Source: Halothiobacillaceae bacterium
GTDB lineage: Bacteria > Pseudomonadota > Gammaproteobacteria > Halothiobacillales > Halothiobacillaceae
DNA: 64,000 nt
Direction: 5' to 3'
Assembly (NCBI GenBank): GCA_050178405.1
Contig: JBFXGB010000002.1
Span: 4,017-68,016 of the forward strand
Both the position numbers and the translations under genes were made by a program. Positions 10,110 through 19,768 of the stretch are shown piece after piece (the first letter of the stretch is position 1; every line of letters begins with the position of its first letter). Under the pieces are notes generated by a model. The model was given only the letters and a program-made list of their open reading frames with translations, made no database searches and had not been told where the DNA came from.

Positions 10110-12992
10110 ATGACCACACGCCAAACCCGCTTGACCCGTAACGACACCGCCCTGCGCGCGCGCGTCAAACTTTTCGGCCAGCTACTTGGCGAAGTGGTAT
10201 GGGAACATGCCGGTGAAGAGGTTTACACCGTGGTTGAAGCCTTGCGCAAAGGCTTTATTCGCCAACGCCAGCGCAAAGAAATCAGCACGCGCCAACATGC
10301 ACGCCTGATGAATCTCATCAACGATTTACCCGCAGACAAGCTCAGCCAAGTCGTGCGTGCCTTTAGTCTGTACTTCAGTCTGGTCAACATCGCCGAAGAA
10401 GAACTCATGCACCAACAACGCCGCAGCATGGTGCGACGAGGCTTGGATTTGTGGAATGGCTCGTTCCACGACACCTTGCGCGGCTTTAGTAAAGAAGGCA
10501 TGAGTGCCGAGCAGTTGCAAGAACTGCTCAACCACCTGCAATACATTCCCGTTTTTACCGCCCACCCCACCGAAGCCAAGCGCCGCACGGTCATGGATCA
10601 ACAGCGCCGCGTGTACTTGCTGTCCAGTCAGCTTGATCGCCCCGAAGTGGGCGACAATGAACGCAAAGAGATTGAAACCGCCATCAAAATGCACATCCTC
10701 GCACTTTGGAAAACCAACGAAGTGCGCAGCGTGCGCCCCAAGGTCGAAGATGAAATCCGCCAAGGCTTGTACTACTTCCGCCAGAGCATTTTTGACGCCG
10801 TACCCACCGTGTATCGCTATCTTGAAAAAGCCGTTGACACCAATTTTGGAGGCGGTTTGGCTCAACCAATCAAAGTGCCAAGCTTCCTGCGCTTTGGTTC
10901 ATGGATAGGCGGGGATCGAGACGGCAATCCGTATGTCACCCCAGAAACCACTGAAAATGCCATTGGCATGGCGGCGGAAATGATTCTGGATGAATACATT
11001 CAGCGCACCTATGCCCTTGGGCGCACCCTCACCCACTCCATTACCCTATCCCCAAATATCTGCATCCGCCAATTAGCCTTGGAGAACGATCAACGCTTTA
11101 TTGATGCGGTCTTTGGTTCAGAAGGCGACGAGCATTTTGAAGACGAACCCTACCGCAGCAAGCTGCGCATCATGCAATACCGCTTGGGCTTAAATTTAGC
11201 CTATGTACGCAAGTTGCAACTTGACCACACCGGCGAACTGCCTCTTGAAGCCTATACCAATGCACACGAATTTATCAGTGACTTGTATCGCATTCGTGAT
11301 TCTTTGCTGGAAAACAATGACGATCTCCTTGCCAATGCCGACTTAAAAGATTTAATTCGCTTGGCTGAAACCTTCGGTTTCCATTTGTTCCAACTGGACA
11401 TTCGCCAAGAATCCACCCGTCATACCGATGCCGTGGCCGAGATTCTTGAGCATATTGAACCCGGCTTGAACTACTTAAATCATTCCGAAGAACAGCGTAT
11501 TCAAATACTCGCTGAACGCATCCAGCGCCCCACGCCTCGCCCCGATACCACCCAAGGCAATACTTGCCTGCGCATTAACAGTGCATGGGGCGAGCGCATT
11601 AATGCCAGCGATTTAACGCCCGAAACCCTGCAAACCATGCAAGTTTTCGAAGTTATGTGCCGTATGCGGCGTAACGTCAGCCCCGATGCGTTCGGCGCGT
11701 ATGTCATCTCCATGACCCACACCGCAAGCCACGTGATGGAAGTGCTGTATCTTGCTCATCGTAGCGGTCTCGCGGGTTTTGATGCTAAAGGCCAGCCGTA
11801 CTGCAATCTCAAAATTTCGCCGCTGTTTGAAACCATCGAAGACCTTGAACACATCGAAGAAGTGCTCACCCTGTTGCTCGACAACCCGGTGTATCGTGAA
11901 TTGCTCGCCGTATCGGGCAATATGCAGGAAGTCATGCTGGGTTATTCCGACTCATGCAAAGACGGCGGCGTACTGGCCTCGGTGTGGAATCTGTACCAAG
12001 CGCAGCTCAAGGTACTGGAACTCACCAAGCAGCGCGGCGTGGAATTCCGCCTGTTCCACGGACGCGGCGGCACCGTGGCACGCGGCGGCGGCCCCACGCA
12101 TGAATCCATGCTCTCGCTCCCTATCGGCACCGTGTTGGGTCAAATCAAATTCACCGAACAAGGCGAAGTTTTATCCTCCAAATACAGCAATACCGAAACC
12201 GCCGTGTATGAACTGGTCATGGGCGCAACTGGCTTGATGAAAGCCACCCGCCACCGCGTCATGGACGTGCCACGCCCCGATCCAAGGTTTGAACACGCCA
12301 TGGCCGAAATTGCCCAGATTGGCGAACAGAATTACCGCCAACTGACCGATAACACGCCAGGCTTTATTCCTTATTTTTACGAAGCCACACCAGTACGCGA
12401 AATCGGCCTAATGAACATCGGCTCACGGCCTTCGCACCGCAAACAAGGCGATATTTCCAAATACTCGGTGCGTGCGATTGCTTGGGTGTTTGGCTGGGCG
12501 CAATCCCGCCACACCCTGCCCGCGTGGTATGGGATTGGCAGCGCCCTGCAACAATGGCAAGCCAAACACCCCGACGACTTAAGTTGCCTGCACAGCATGT
12601 TCAACGAATGGCCGTTCTTCCACAGCCTGCTCCGCAACACGCAAATGTCGCTCACCAAGGGCGAAATGAATATCGCACGCGAATACGCCGAGTTAGTGAA
12701 AGATCGCGCCGTGGCAGAAGAAGTTTACGGCATGATTTCCAAGGAATACGCCACGACGTTAAACGAAGTGCTGCGCGTATCCGGCGTGAGCGATTTAGTC
12801 GAAATCGACCCCGTCCTTGGCACATCCATGCTGCGCCGTAACCCCTATCTTGACCCGCTTAACCATATCCAAATCACCCTGCTCAAACGCTACCGCGACG
12901 AGAACTTAAGCGATGCCGAGCGTGAAATGTGGCTTGTGCCCCTCTTGCGCTCCATCAATGCGATTGCTGCGGGCATGAGAAACACCGGCTAA
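10110..12992 (+). CDS. ppc: Phosphoenolpyruvate carboxylase
   Basis: VFTAHPTE, GGDRDGNP, MLGYSDSCKDGG, FHGRGG, RAIAWVFGWAQSR, GMRNTG. Confidence 0.97.
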   Translation: MTTRQTRLTRNDTALRARVKLFGQLLGEVVWEHAGEEVYTVVEALRKGFIRQRQRKEISTRQHARLMNLINDLPADKLSQVVRAFSLYFSLVNIAEEELMHQQRRSMVRRGLDLWNGSFHDTLRGFSKEGMSAEQLQELLNHLQYIPVFTAHPTEAKRRTVMDQQRRVYLLSSQLDRPEVGDNERKEIETAIKMHILALWKTNEVRSVRPKVEDEIRQGLYYFRQSIFDAVPTVYRYLEKAVDTNFGGGLAQPIKVPSFLRFGSWIGGDRDGNPYVTPETTENAIGMAAEMILDEYIQRTYALGRTLTHSITLSPNICIRQLALENDQRFIDAVFGSEGDEHFEDEPYRSKLRIMQYRLGLNLAYVRKLQLDHTGELPLEAYTNAHEFISDLYRIRDSLLENNDDLLANADLKDLIRLAETFGFHLFQLDIRQESTRHTDAVAEILEHIEPGLNYLNHSEEQRIQILAERIQRPTPRPDTTQGNTCLRINSAWGERINASDLTPETLQTMQVFEVMCRMRRNVSPDAFGAYVISMTHTASHVMEVLYLAHRSGLAGFDAKGQPYCNLKISPLFETIEDLEHIEEVLTLLLDNPVYRELLAVSGNMQEVMLGYSDSCKDGGVLASVWNLYQAQLKVLELTKQRGVEFRLFHGRGGTVARGGGPTHESMLSLPIGTVLGQIKFTEQGEVLSSKYSNTETAVYELVMGATGLMKATRHRVMDVPRPDPRFEHAMAEIAQIGEQNYRQLTDNTPGFIPYFYEATPVREIGLMNIGSRPSHRKQGDISKYSVRAIAWVFGWAQSRHTLPAWYGIGSALQQWQAKHPDDLSCLHSMFNEWPFFHSLLRNTQMSLTKGEMNIAREYAELVKDRAVAEEVYGMISKEYATTLNEVLRVSGVSDLVEIDPVLGTSMLRRNPYLDPLNHIQITLLKRYRDENLSDAEREMWLVPLLRSINAIAAGMRNTG

Positions 12993-12995
12993 ACC

Positions 12996-13358
12996 ATGTC
13001 CAAACACCGCCCCACAGACATCAGCCTGCATCAGCAAAGCCGCATGCTTGAGCTTCATTTTGATGATGGCAAGGTATTTAGCTTGCCTTGCGAATACCTG
13101 CGCGTCTTCTCGCCGTCTGCCGAAGTGCGCGGGCACGGTCTGCCCGAACCGCTGTTGATTGTGGGCAAGGAAAACGTCAACATCATTGCTATCGAACCCG
13201 TCGGCCAATACGCCGTAAAACTCGTTTTTGACGATGGTCACGACAGCGGCCTCTTTGACTGGGATTTTTTATATTCTTTAGGCCTTAACTACGCCAAAAA
13301 CTGGGCGCGCTACCTTGAGCGCCTTGCGGCAAATGGTTTAAGTAGGGAATCAACATGA
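12996..13358 (+). CDS. DUF971 / gamma-butyrobetaine hydroxylase N-terminal-like protein
   Basis: CEYLRVFSPSAEVRGHG, VGQYAVKLVFDDGHDSGLF; usual neighbour of ubiE. Confidence 0.9.
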   Translation: MSKHRPTDISLHQQSRMLELHFDDGKVFSLPCEYLRVFSPSAEVRGHGLPEPLLIVGKENVNIIAIEPVGQYAVKLVFDDGHDSGLFDWDFLYSLGLNYAKNWARYLERLAANGLSREST

Positions 13359-13513
13359 ACTTCTACATCGAACATGAACAAGAAGACGACGGACGCTGGA
13401 TTGCCGAAATTCCCAGCCTTCCCGGTGTTTTGTGCTACGGCGACAACCTGCGCGAAGCCATTAACAATGCCGAGGCCTTGGCGTTGCGCGTGCTGGCCGA
13501 GCGGATTGAATAA
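13355..13513 (+). CDS. hicB: Short HicB-family antitoxin (52 aa), orphan and possibly C-terminally truncated; absent from the ORF track
   Basis: MNFYIEHEQEDDGRWIAEIPSLPGVLCYGDNLREAINNAEALALRVLAERIE; ATGA overlap with the DUF971 gene. Confidence 0.8.
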   Translation: MNFYIEHEQEDDGRWIAEIPSLPGVLCYGDNLREAINNAEALALRVLAERIE

Positions 13514-13554
13514 GAGCGAATAAACGATGTAGCTTTACCTTTTTAGCAATGACT

Positions 13555-13635
13555 GTAGCCCGGATGAAGCGCAGCGAGAATCCGGGGTGGGTTGTGCCCG
13601 TTGCGCGATCGTCCCCGGGTTGTCACCCGGGCTAC
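13555..13635 (+). repeat. GTAG-tagged REP doublet (family A)
   Basis: GTAGCCCGGATGAAGCGCAGCGAGAATCCGGGG ... CCCCGGGTTGTCACCCGGGCTAC; copies at 16656, 23935, 50708. Confidence 0.88.
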
Positions 13636-13684
13636 AAAACTACTTTGAGCGCCTCACAGCCGCAGGCATGACACGAGAAACCGC

Positions 13685-14443
13685 ATGAACACCACCGAAC
13701 CGCACGACACCACCCATTTTGGCTACCGCCAAGTCCCGCTCACCGACAAAGCCAAGCTGGTGCGCGGCGTGTTCGACTCGGTCGCGGGTAAATATGATGT
13801 GATGAACGATTTAATGTCTTTCGGCATTCATCGTTTATGGAAACGCATCACGCTCTCACGCACTGGCCTACGCCCCGGAATGCGCGCCCTAGACCTTGCT
13901 GGCGGCACGGGCGATTTATCCAGCGGCATGTTGCAACAAGTCGGGCGCACGGGGCTGGTGGTGCTCTCCGACATCAACCAAGAGATGCTCACCCGTGGGC
14001 GCGATCGTCTCATCAACGACGGCGCAGGCATCGAGGCACAAACTGCTTTAGTCAATGCCGAAAGCATTCCCTTTGCCGATAACACCTTTGACACCGCCAC
14101 CATCAGCTTTGGCCTACGCAACGTCACCGACAAAGCACTCGCCTTGCGCGAAATGCTGCGCGTGCTCAAACCCGGTGGTCGCGCCTTGGTACTGGAGTTT
14201 TCCAAGCCCCAACACGAGCTTACGCAGAAAATTTACGATGTGTACTCCTTCAAAGCCCTGCCGCTGATGGGCAAACTCGTCGCCAAAGACGAAGCGAGCT
14301 ACCAATATCTCGCCGAATCCATCCGTATGCACCCCGATCAAGACACCCTGCTTGAGATGATGCAGCAGGCAGGCTTTATGCAATGCGACTACCTCAATAT
14401 GAGTGATGGCATCGTCGCCCTGCACTGGGGCTTCAAAGCATGA
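13685..14443 (+). CDS. ubiE: Ubiquinone/menaquinone C-methyltransferase
   Basis: [45 protein letters not shown]. Confidence 0.97.
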   Translation: MNTTEPHDTTHFGYRQVPLTDKAKLVRGVFDSVAGKYDVMNDLMSFGIHRLWKRITLSRTGLRPGMRALDLAGGTGDLSSGMLQQVGRTGLVVLSDINQEMLTRGRDRLINDGAGIEAQTALVNAESIPFADNTFDTATISFGLRNVTDKALALREMLRVLKPGGRALVLEFSKPQHELTQKIYDVYSFKALPLMGKLVAKDEASYQYLAESIRMHPDQDTLLEMMQQAGFMQCDYLNMSDGIVALHWGFKA

Positions 14444-15054
14444 CCCCTGAACTGCGTGAACTCGCCTTTTTGGGCTTAGAAAAAGCCTTCAACGCCGCTT
14501 TATCTGCCGACCCTGAAGCCCAAGCAAACGTCGCCGCGCTCCAAGGCAAACGCCTGCGCATTGAACTCAAAGGCTTGTTTAGCTTCGACATTTTGCCGCA
14601 AAGCAAGACTATTATTATCGCCGACTCCGGCATTGACACCCCCGATGCCACACTTCGCGCCTCCGCTTTAGGCTTTATCCGCGCCAAAATGCGCGGCGAT
14701 TTAATGCACGGCGACCTTGAGCTATTGGGCGATAGCCACGTAAGCCTGCGTGCCGCCCGTCTGCTTTCCGGCTTGAATCCCGACCTTGAACGCGCGCTTG
14801 CCCCCAAAATCGGTGGCCTCCTCGCGCATCAAATCGGCCGCGTGTGGCAAAGCGCACGCGCCGAAATTGCGCGAGCCTTGCAGCACCACACCCTCAACAA
14901 AGCCGACTATTTGCACGATGAAATCAACGTCGCACCGCGCCAAGCCGAACTTGAAGCGTGGATGGATGCCATCGACCCACTGCAAAACCGTATTGCCGCG
15001 TTGGACACACGCCTAAGCGCACTCGAAGCGGCGCAAGCAGGGAAACAACCATGA
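14440..15054 (+). CDS. ubiJ: Ubiquinone biosynthesis accessory factor UbiJ (SCP2 domain)
   Basis: Position between ubiE and ubiB, SCP2-like N-terminus, coiled-coil C-terminus. Confidence 0.82.
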   Translation: MTPELRELAFLGLEKAFNAALSADPEAQANVAALQGKRLRIELKGLFSFDILPQSKTIIIADSGIDTPDATLRASALGFIRAKMRGDLMHGDLELLGDSHVSLRAARLLSGLNPDLERALAPKIGGLLAHQIGRVWQSARAEIARALQHHTLNKADYLHDEINVAPRQAELEAWMDAIDPLQNRIAALDTRLSALEAAQAGKQP

Positions 15055-16622
15055 TTCACCCGCGCCAAATCCTGCGTCTATTCACCATTCAATGGGTCTT
15101 GATGCGCCACGGCCTCGACGAATTGCTCTTTGCCATTCCCTGGTTCAAGCCCGCACGCTTTTTAATGAAACTCTCCCCATGGCGACTGCTCGGCCACACC
15201 CAACGCCGCCCACGCGGTGAACGCATCCGCCTTGCGCTCGAAGAACTCGGACCCATTTTCATTAAATTTGGCCAGGCACTCTCCACCCGCCGCGACATCC
15301 TGCCCGAAGACATTGCCGACGAACTCGCCAAGCTGCAAGATCGTGTGCCGCCGTTTCCCAGCGACCAAGCCCGCGCACTTATTGAAAAAGCCCTCGGCAA
15401 ACCAGTGAGCGAATTATTCCTAGAATTCGACACCACGCCGCTCGCCTCCGCTTCCATCGCCCAAGTTCACCCCGCACGTTTGCACGATGGACGCGACGTG
15501 GTGGTCAAAGTCGTGCGCCCCAACATCCTGCCGATGATTGAACGCGACCTAGAAATCATGCACACGCTGGCCTACTTGCTAGAAAAATCCTCGCGTGATG
15601 CCCGCCGTCTGCGCCCGCAAGATGTGGTGAGCGAGTTCGACCGCACCATCCACGACGAACTCGACTTAATCCGCGAAGCCGCCAACGGCAGCCTGCTTGC
15701 ACGCAACTTCAAAGACTCCAACATGCTCTACGTTCCGGCCATTGACTGGAACTACAGCCGCACCAACGTCATGGTGCAAGAACGCATTTATGGCATTCAA
15801 ATCAGCGACATCGAAGGACTTAAAGCCGCTAATATCAACATGAAAGCCCTCGCCGAACGCGGTGTTGAGGTATTTTTTACCCAAGTGTTTAACGACAACT
15901 TCTTCCACGCCGACATGCACCCCGGCAATGTCTTTGTCTCCCGCGACACCCCCGACACTCCGCGCTATATCGCCATCGACTTCGGCATTATGGGCAGCCT
16001 GACTAACGAAGACCAACGCTATCTAGCCGAAAACTTCCACGCTTTTTTTAACCGCGACTACCGCCGCGTTGCCGAACTGCACATCGAATCCGGCTGGGTG
16101 CCCGCCGACACCCGCGTCAACGAATTTGAAGCCGCCATCCGCACCGTGAGCGAACCGATTTTCCACCGCCCCCTACGCGATTTATCCTTCGGTCAATTTC
16201 TGCTGCGCCTTTTCCAAACCGCACGCCGCTTTAACATGGAAGTGCAACCGCAACTCGTGCTGCTACAAAAAACCCTACTCAACATCGAAGGCATAGGCCG
16301 CCAGCTTTATCCCGATTTAGATTTATGGTCCACCGCCAAACCCTTTATCGAACGCTGGATGATCGAACGCGTCGGCCCCCGCGCCGCCCTCAAAACCCTG
16401 CGCCACGAACTACCGCGTGTACTGGCCTTATTGCCCGAACTGCCACGCCTCACCCACGAAGCCCTAGTTGCCACCAGCCAACAAAACGCGCTGATTGAAC
16501 GCCAGACCGCTGAGCTTCAAACCCTGCGCCAGCAAATCGCCCGCAACCAAACGTGGACATTGATTTTATTGGGTCTCTTAAGCGTGATTGTGGCCCTCAT
16601 TGCTTATGAGATTTTTGGATAA
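15051..16622 (+). CDS. ubiB: Ubiquinone biosynthesis regulatory kinase UbiB
   Basis: [42 protein letters not shown]; start set at ATG 15051. Confidence 0.96.
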   Translation: MIHPRQILRLFTIQWVLMRHGLDELLFAIPWFKPARFLMKLSPWRLLGHTQRRPRGERIRLALEELGPIFIKFGQALSTRRDILPEDIADELAKLQDRVPPFPSDQARALIEKALGKPVSELFLEFDTTPLASASIAQVHPARLHDGRDVVVKVVRPNILPMIERDLEIMHTLAYLLEKSSRDARRLRPQDVVSEFDRTIHDELDLIREAANGSLLARNFKDSNMLYVPAIDWNYSRTNVMVQERIYGIQISDIEGLKAANINMKALAERGVEVFFTQVFNDNFFHADMHPGNVFVSRDTPDTPRYIAIDFGIMGSLTNEDQRYLAENFHAFFNRDYRRVAELHIESGWVPADTRVNEFEAAIRTVSEPIFHRPLRDLSFGQFLLRLFQTARRFNMEVQPQLVLLQKTLLNIEGIGRQLYPDLDLWSTAKPFIERWMIERVGPRAALKTLRHELPRVLALLPELPRLTHEALVATSQQNALIERQTAELQTLRQQIARNQTWTLILLGLLSVIVALIAYEIFG

Positions 16623-16655
16623 AAAGCACTCTCCCACTATACAAAATCCACCAAT

Positions 16656-16725
16656 GTGGCCTGGATGAAGCGCAGCGGGAATCCGGGAACAGCCGTGCCC
16701 TGCTTGGGATTGGCACTCAGGCTAC
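16656..16725 (+). repeat. GTAG-tagged REP doublet (family A), degenerate; supplies the TAG stop of the PAP2 gene
   Basis: gtggcctggatgaagcgcagcgggaatccggga ... ctcaggctac. Confidence 0.8.
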
Positions 16726-17552
16726 AAAGACGTTTTACTGCTTTTCTTGCGCCACACGCTCCACAGCACCCACGCACTCCCCAAAACCGCCCACAGCAAT
16801 AGCGGAATCACTACCCAACGTCCTTCAGGATAACCACCATCAAAACTTGCAGTTTGTACTGCGACAACAATCAAAATCAGCGCCAAAATAGGCCGCCCCC
16901 AGCGCAGATTCAGCGGGAAGCAACGAATCAGACGCATTCCAAGCCCCGCCGCCAACCAGCCAATCAGCGCGCCCGCCAAAATATCCTGCGGCCAATGTGC
17001 CCCGACCATAATGCGGGATAGCGCAAAGATTGAGCCTAACGCGGCAGCAATCAGCAAGCCCCACCAAGGCAAACGCAACCCCAAAGCAAACACCCCCGCC
17101 GTGACCAAGGCCGTGGTCGCATGGCCTGATGGAAAGGCTTTGCTGGTCAAGGTGTGACCCATAATGTGCAACACACTTTCTGGGTACACCCCAGCAGGAC
17201 GCATAAGATTCATTGCAGGCTTGATGTCATGCACCACCAAGGTGGCGACAACCCCCGCCAATACCGCAAGCCACACCAGTTCAGGCTTACGCCAAACAAA
17301 AGGCAATAACAAAACCACCGCAGGCAGGGTATCGGCGAGCAGGGTTAAACCCGACCAAAAGCCAATCCAAAGCGCGGATTGGTCTAACCCAAGCGTCGCA
17401 CCCAAGCCATTGAGCGCAAAAAACGCACCCACATTATTGCCCGCAGGCCACGCCACCGCTAAAAGCCCAGCAAAACACGCGGCAATCAACCAATAGGTAC
17501 GCCGCGCAGCGGCATCGGCAAAAATCGAATCAGCCCTTAACAAATTGGACAT
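16722..17552 (-). CDS. PAP2-family membrane phosphatase
   Basis: K-x6-RP, FPSGH, SRIMVGAHWPQD triad; multiple TM helices; start uncertain (17552 or 17573). Confidence 0.9.
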   Translation of the reverse strand: MSNLLRADSIFADAAARRTYWLIAACFAGLLAVAWPAGNNVGAFFALNGLGATLGLDQSALWIGFWSGLTLLADTLPAVVLLLPFVWRKPELVWLAVLAGVVATLVVHDIKPAMNLMRPAGVYPESVLHIMGHTLTSKAFPSGHATTALVTAGVFALGLRLPWWGLLIAAALGSIFALSRIMVGAHWPQDILAGALIGWLAAGLGMRLIRCFPLNLRWGRPILALILIVVAVQTASFDGGYPEGRWVVIPLLLWAVLGSAWVLWSVWRKKSSKTSL

Positions 17553-17557
17553 AGAAG

Positions 17558-18550
17558 TTAACTGTTTTTCCATGCCACATCATCACTTTTAGGCGTGGCA
17601 TCTTTATTGCGCACAATGTAGCTTTTGCGCTCTTGCGATTCGAAATACACCCGCGAGACCATTTCGGCCAACACGCCAGTGGTCAGCATTTGTACCCCCA
17701 CCAGAATCAGCAAAATCGAAGTCATAAACAACGGGCGCGTGCCGATGTCCTCACCCAAGATTTTTAGCACCAACAGATAGCTCATAATCAAGCCACCCGC
17801 GCCGCCTAAGCCTAGGCCCACCATGCCGAAAAAATGCCCCGGTCGCGCCGAAAAGCGCATAAAAAAGAACACCACCAGCAAGTCGATAATCACGCGGAAG
17901 GTGCGCGAAATACCATATTTCGACACCCCGTGCGTGCGTGGATGATGCGCCACCACTTCTTCAGCAATCCGATTCGGCGCGGTATAAGTCGCAAGCCAAG
18001 CCGGGATAAAGCGGTGCATCTCGCCGTACAAACGGATGCTTTTCACCACCTCGGCACGGAACACTTTCAGGCTGCAACCATAATCATGCAGCGCCACGCC
18101 GGTAATTTTGCGAATCAACTTATTAGCAATACGCGAGGGAATTTTGCGCATAATCACCGCATCCTGACGGTTTTTGCGCCAGCCAGAGACCAAATCTAAA
18201 TCTTCATCCAGCAGGCGATTGACCATGCGCGGAATGTCAATCGGGTCGTTTTGCAAATCGCCGTCCAAGGTGGCAATCACATCGCCACGCGCCAGATCAA
18301 TCCCCGCCTGCATCGCCGCCGTTTGGCCAAAATTGCGCCGTAATTCGACCACGCGCACATGCTCGCCGTATTGGGCTTGCCCCTCGCGCATGGTCGCGGC
18401 CGTCGCATCCGAACTGCCGTCATTGACCAGCAACACCTCCCAAGGCATTGGGTAATCGTTCAAGACTTCATGCACCCGCGCCAGCATGGGCAGAACATTG
18501 TCCTGTTCGTTGTACATAGGAATAACAAGAGATAGGCGGTGATCGGTCAT
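17558..18550 (-). CDS. Family 2 glycosyltransferase (polyprenol-phosphate glycosyltransferase, GtrB/ArnC/DPM1-like)
   Basis: SLVIPMYNE, VNDGSSD, RNFGQTAA, DGDLQNDP, two C-terminal TM helices. Confidence 0.92.
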   Translation of the reverse strand: MTDHRLSLVIPMYNEQDNVLPMLARVHEVLNDYPMPWEVLLVNDGSSDATAATMREGQAQYGEHVRVVELRRNFGQTAAMQAGIDLARGDVIATLDGDLQNDPIDIPRMVNRLLDEDLDLVSGWRKNRQDAVIMRKIPSRIANKLIRKITGVALHDYGCSLKVFRAEVVKSIRLYGEMHRFIPAWLATYTAPNRIAEEVVAHHPRTHGVSKYGISRTFRVIIDLLVVFFFMRFSARPGHFFGMVGLGLGGAGGLIMSYLLVLKILGEDIGTRPLFMTSILLILVGVQMLTTGVLAEMVSRVYFESQERKSYIVRNKDATPKSDDVAWKNS

Positions 18551-18568
18551 GGTGTTTTCTTACGTTTT

Positions 18569-18745
18569 AAGCCACAGAGGGAGCAGAAGTTCAAAGCCTG
18601 CGTATTACGTGGTTTTAGCCCCCTCTCCCCTTGTGGGAGAGGGTTGGGGAGAGGGGGTCTGCAGCCCTGCACATGGCACAGGTATTGCGTGCATCACCAC
18701 CCTCTCCCCAGCCCTCCCCCGTCAAGGGGGAGGGAGCTAAAACGC
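18569..18745. repeat. Degenerate composite: CACAGAG end plus CCCTCTCCC triple-hairpin cargo with eroded MITE ends
   Basis: cccctctccccttgtgggagagggttggggagagggg ... ccctctccccagccctcccccgtcaagggggagggagc; flanks resemble 36303-36473. Confidence 0.8.
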
Positions 18746-18758
18746 TCTTCTGCAAAAA

Positions 18759-19673
18759 TCAATGCCGCATGGTAGCCGATTTATCCCCAGCAAGCATCGC
18801 CAACAGCCCGAACACCAAACTCGTACCCAGCAAAAACAAATGTGTATTGATTGCCGCCATGCTCGCCAATTCAAGATTCAAGCCTTGCGGCAACAAAGCC
18901 GCCAACATGCCCGCCTCGTAAGTGCCAAAGCCGCCCGGCGCATGAATCGGCAATACCGAAGTCACCTCCCCTCCCAACACACCCAAACCCGCAGCCGTCC
19001 ACGTCATCGGCGCAAACTGGCGCAAAACCCACGCCAGCGCCGCGAGTTTGACCAACCAATTCGCCCAAGTAAGTAACACGCCACGCGCAAAATGTGCCCT
19101 ATCACGCGGCAAGCCCGTCAAAGCCTTGTCGAACAGCGTGTGCAGCTTACCCGCACGCATGGATGCCACCCGCGCGCTTAATTTGTGACGCAAAGCCCAA
19201 AACACAAACGGCGCAAACAGCGCAACAAGCACCAGCAACAAAGCCAGCAGCTCAATCTTGGCCAGCCACAATAAACTACCCAAAGCCAACGCCGCCAAAA
19301 CTTGCGCATCAATGAGCCGAATCCAAAACAAGCCCGCCAAAGCATACGCCGGATCAGTGCCGAATTTTTGCCGCATAAGAAGCGGAAAACTCAACTCCCC
19401 GGCCCGCATCGGCAACAGATTGTTCCAGAGATTGTGCTGCAAATTAAGCGACAACACCGTGCCGAAATGCCCGCGAATCGCAAAATGATCCGCCACCCGC
19501 CAAGCGCGCAGCATGTAGCTCGCCAACATCAAACCGATGGCCAACGCCAAGCCAGCCCCAGAAATCGCCGCCCACGGGCTAAGCAAACGCGCCCAGCCGA
19601 ATGCCCATTCGACGACTATGGCGAGGATGGCAACAATAATGAAGGGGATAAATTTTTTTAAGGAAGAAAACAT
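18759..19673 (-). CDS. Lysylphosphatidylglycerol synthase TM-region (flippase-like) membrane protein
   Basis: RAWRV, NNLLPMRAGE, PGGFGTYEAG; hydrophobic; operon with GT2 and PAP2. Confidence 0.85.
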   Translation of the reverse strand: MFSSLKKFIPFIIVAILAIVVEWAFGWARLLSPWAAISGAGLALAIGLMLASYMLRAWRVADHFAIRGHFGTVLSLNLQHNLWNNLLPMRAGELSFPLLMRQKFGTDPAYALAGLFWIRLIDAQVLAALALGSLLWLAKIELLALLLVLVALFAPFVFWALRHKLSARVASMRAGKLHTLFDKALTGLPRDRAHFARGVLLTWANWLVKLAALAWVLRQFAPMTWTAAGLGVLGGEVTSVLPIHAPGGFGTYEAGMLAALLPQGLNLELASMAAINTHLFLLGTSLVFGLLAMLAGDKSATMRH

Positions 19674-19768
19674 GCGTGAGATGTCAGTAGGAAATGAACT
19701 GTTACGCCGACCCGCCGCAACATCCCGCTATAATGCCCCATCTTTAACACTACTTAACATATAACATC

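Noticed and set aside
11525-11615. Small possible insertion in PEP carboxylase with a repeated gcgcattaa
   Set aside because: Falls in a variable region; the 9-nt repeat is too short to support a mechanism without an alignment
18549-18921. Short ORFs with PSP..GEG.GEG peptides (also 36379-36615, 45247-45549, 58069-58460)
   Set aside because: Translations of the CCCTCTCCC repeat; no RBS or domain evidence
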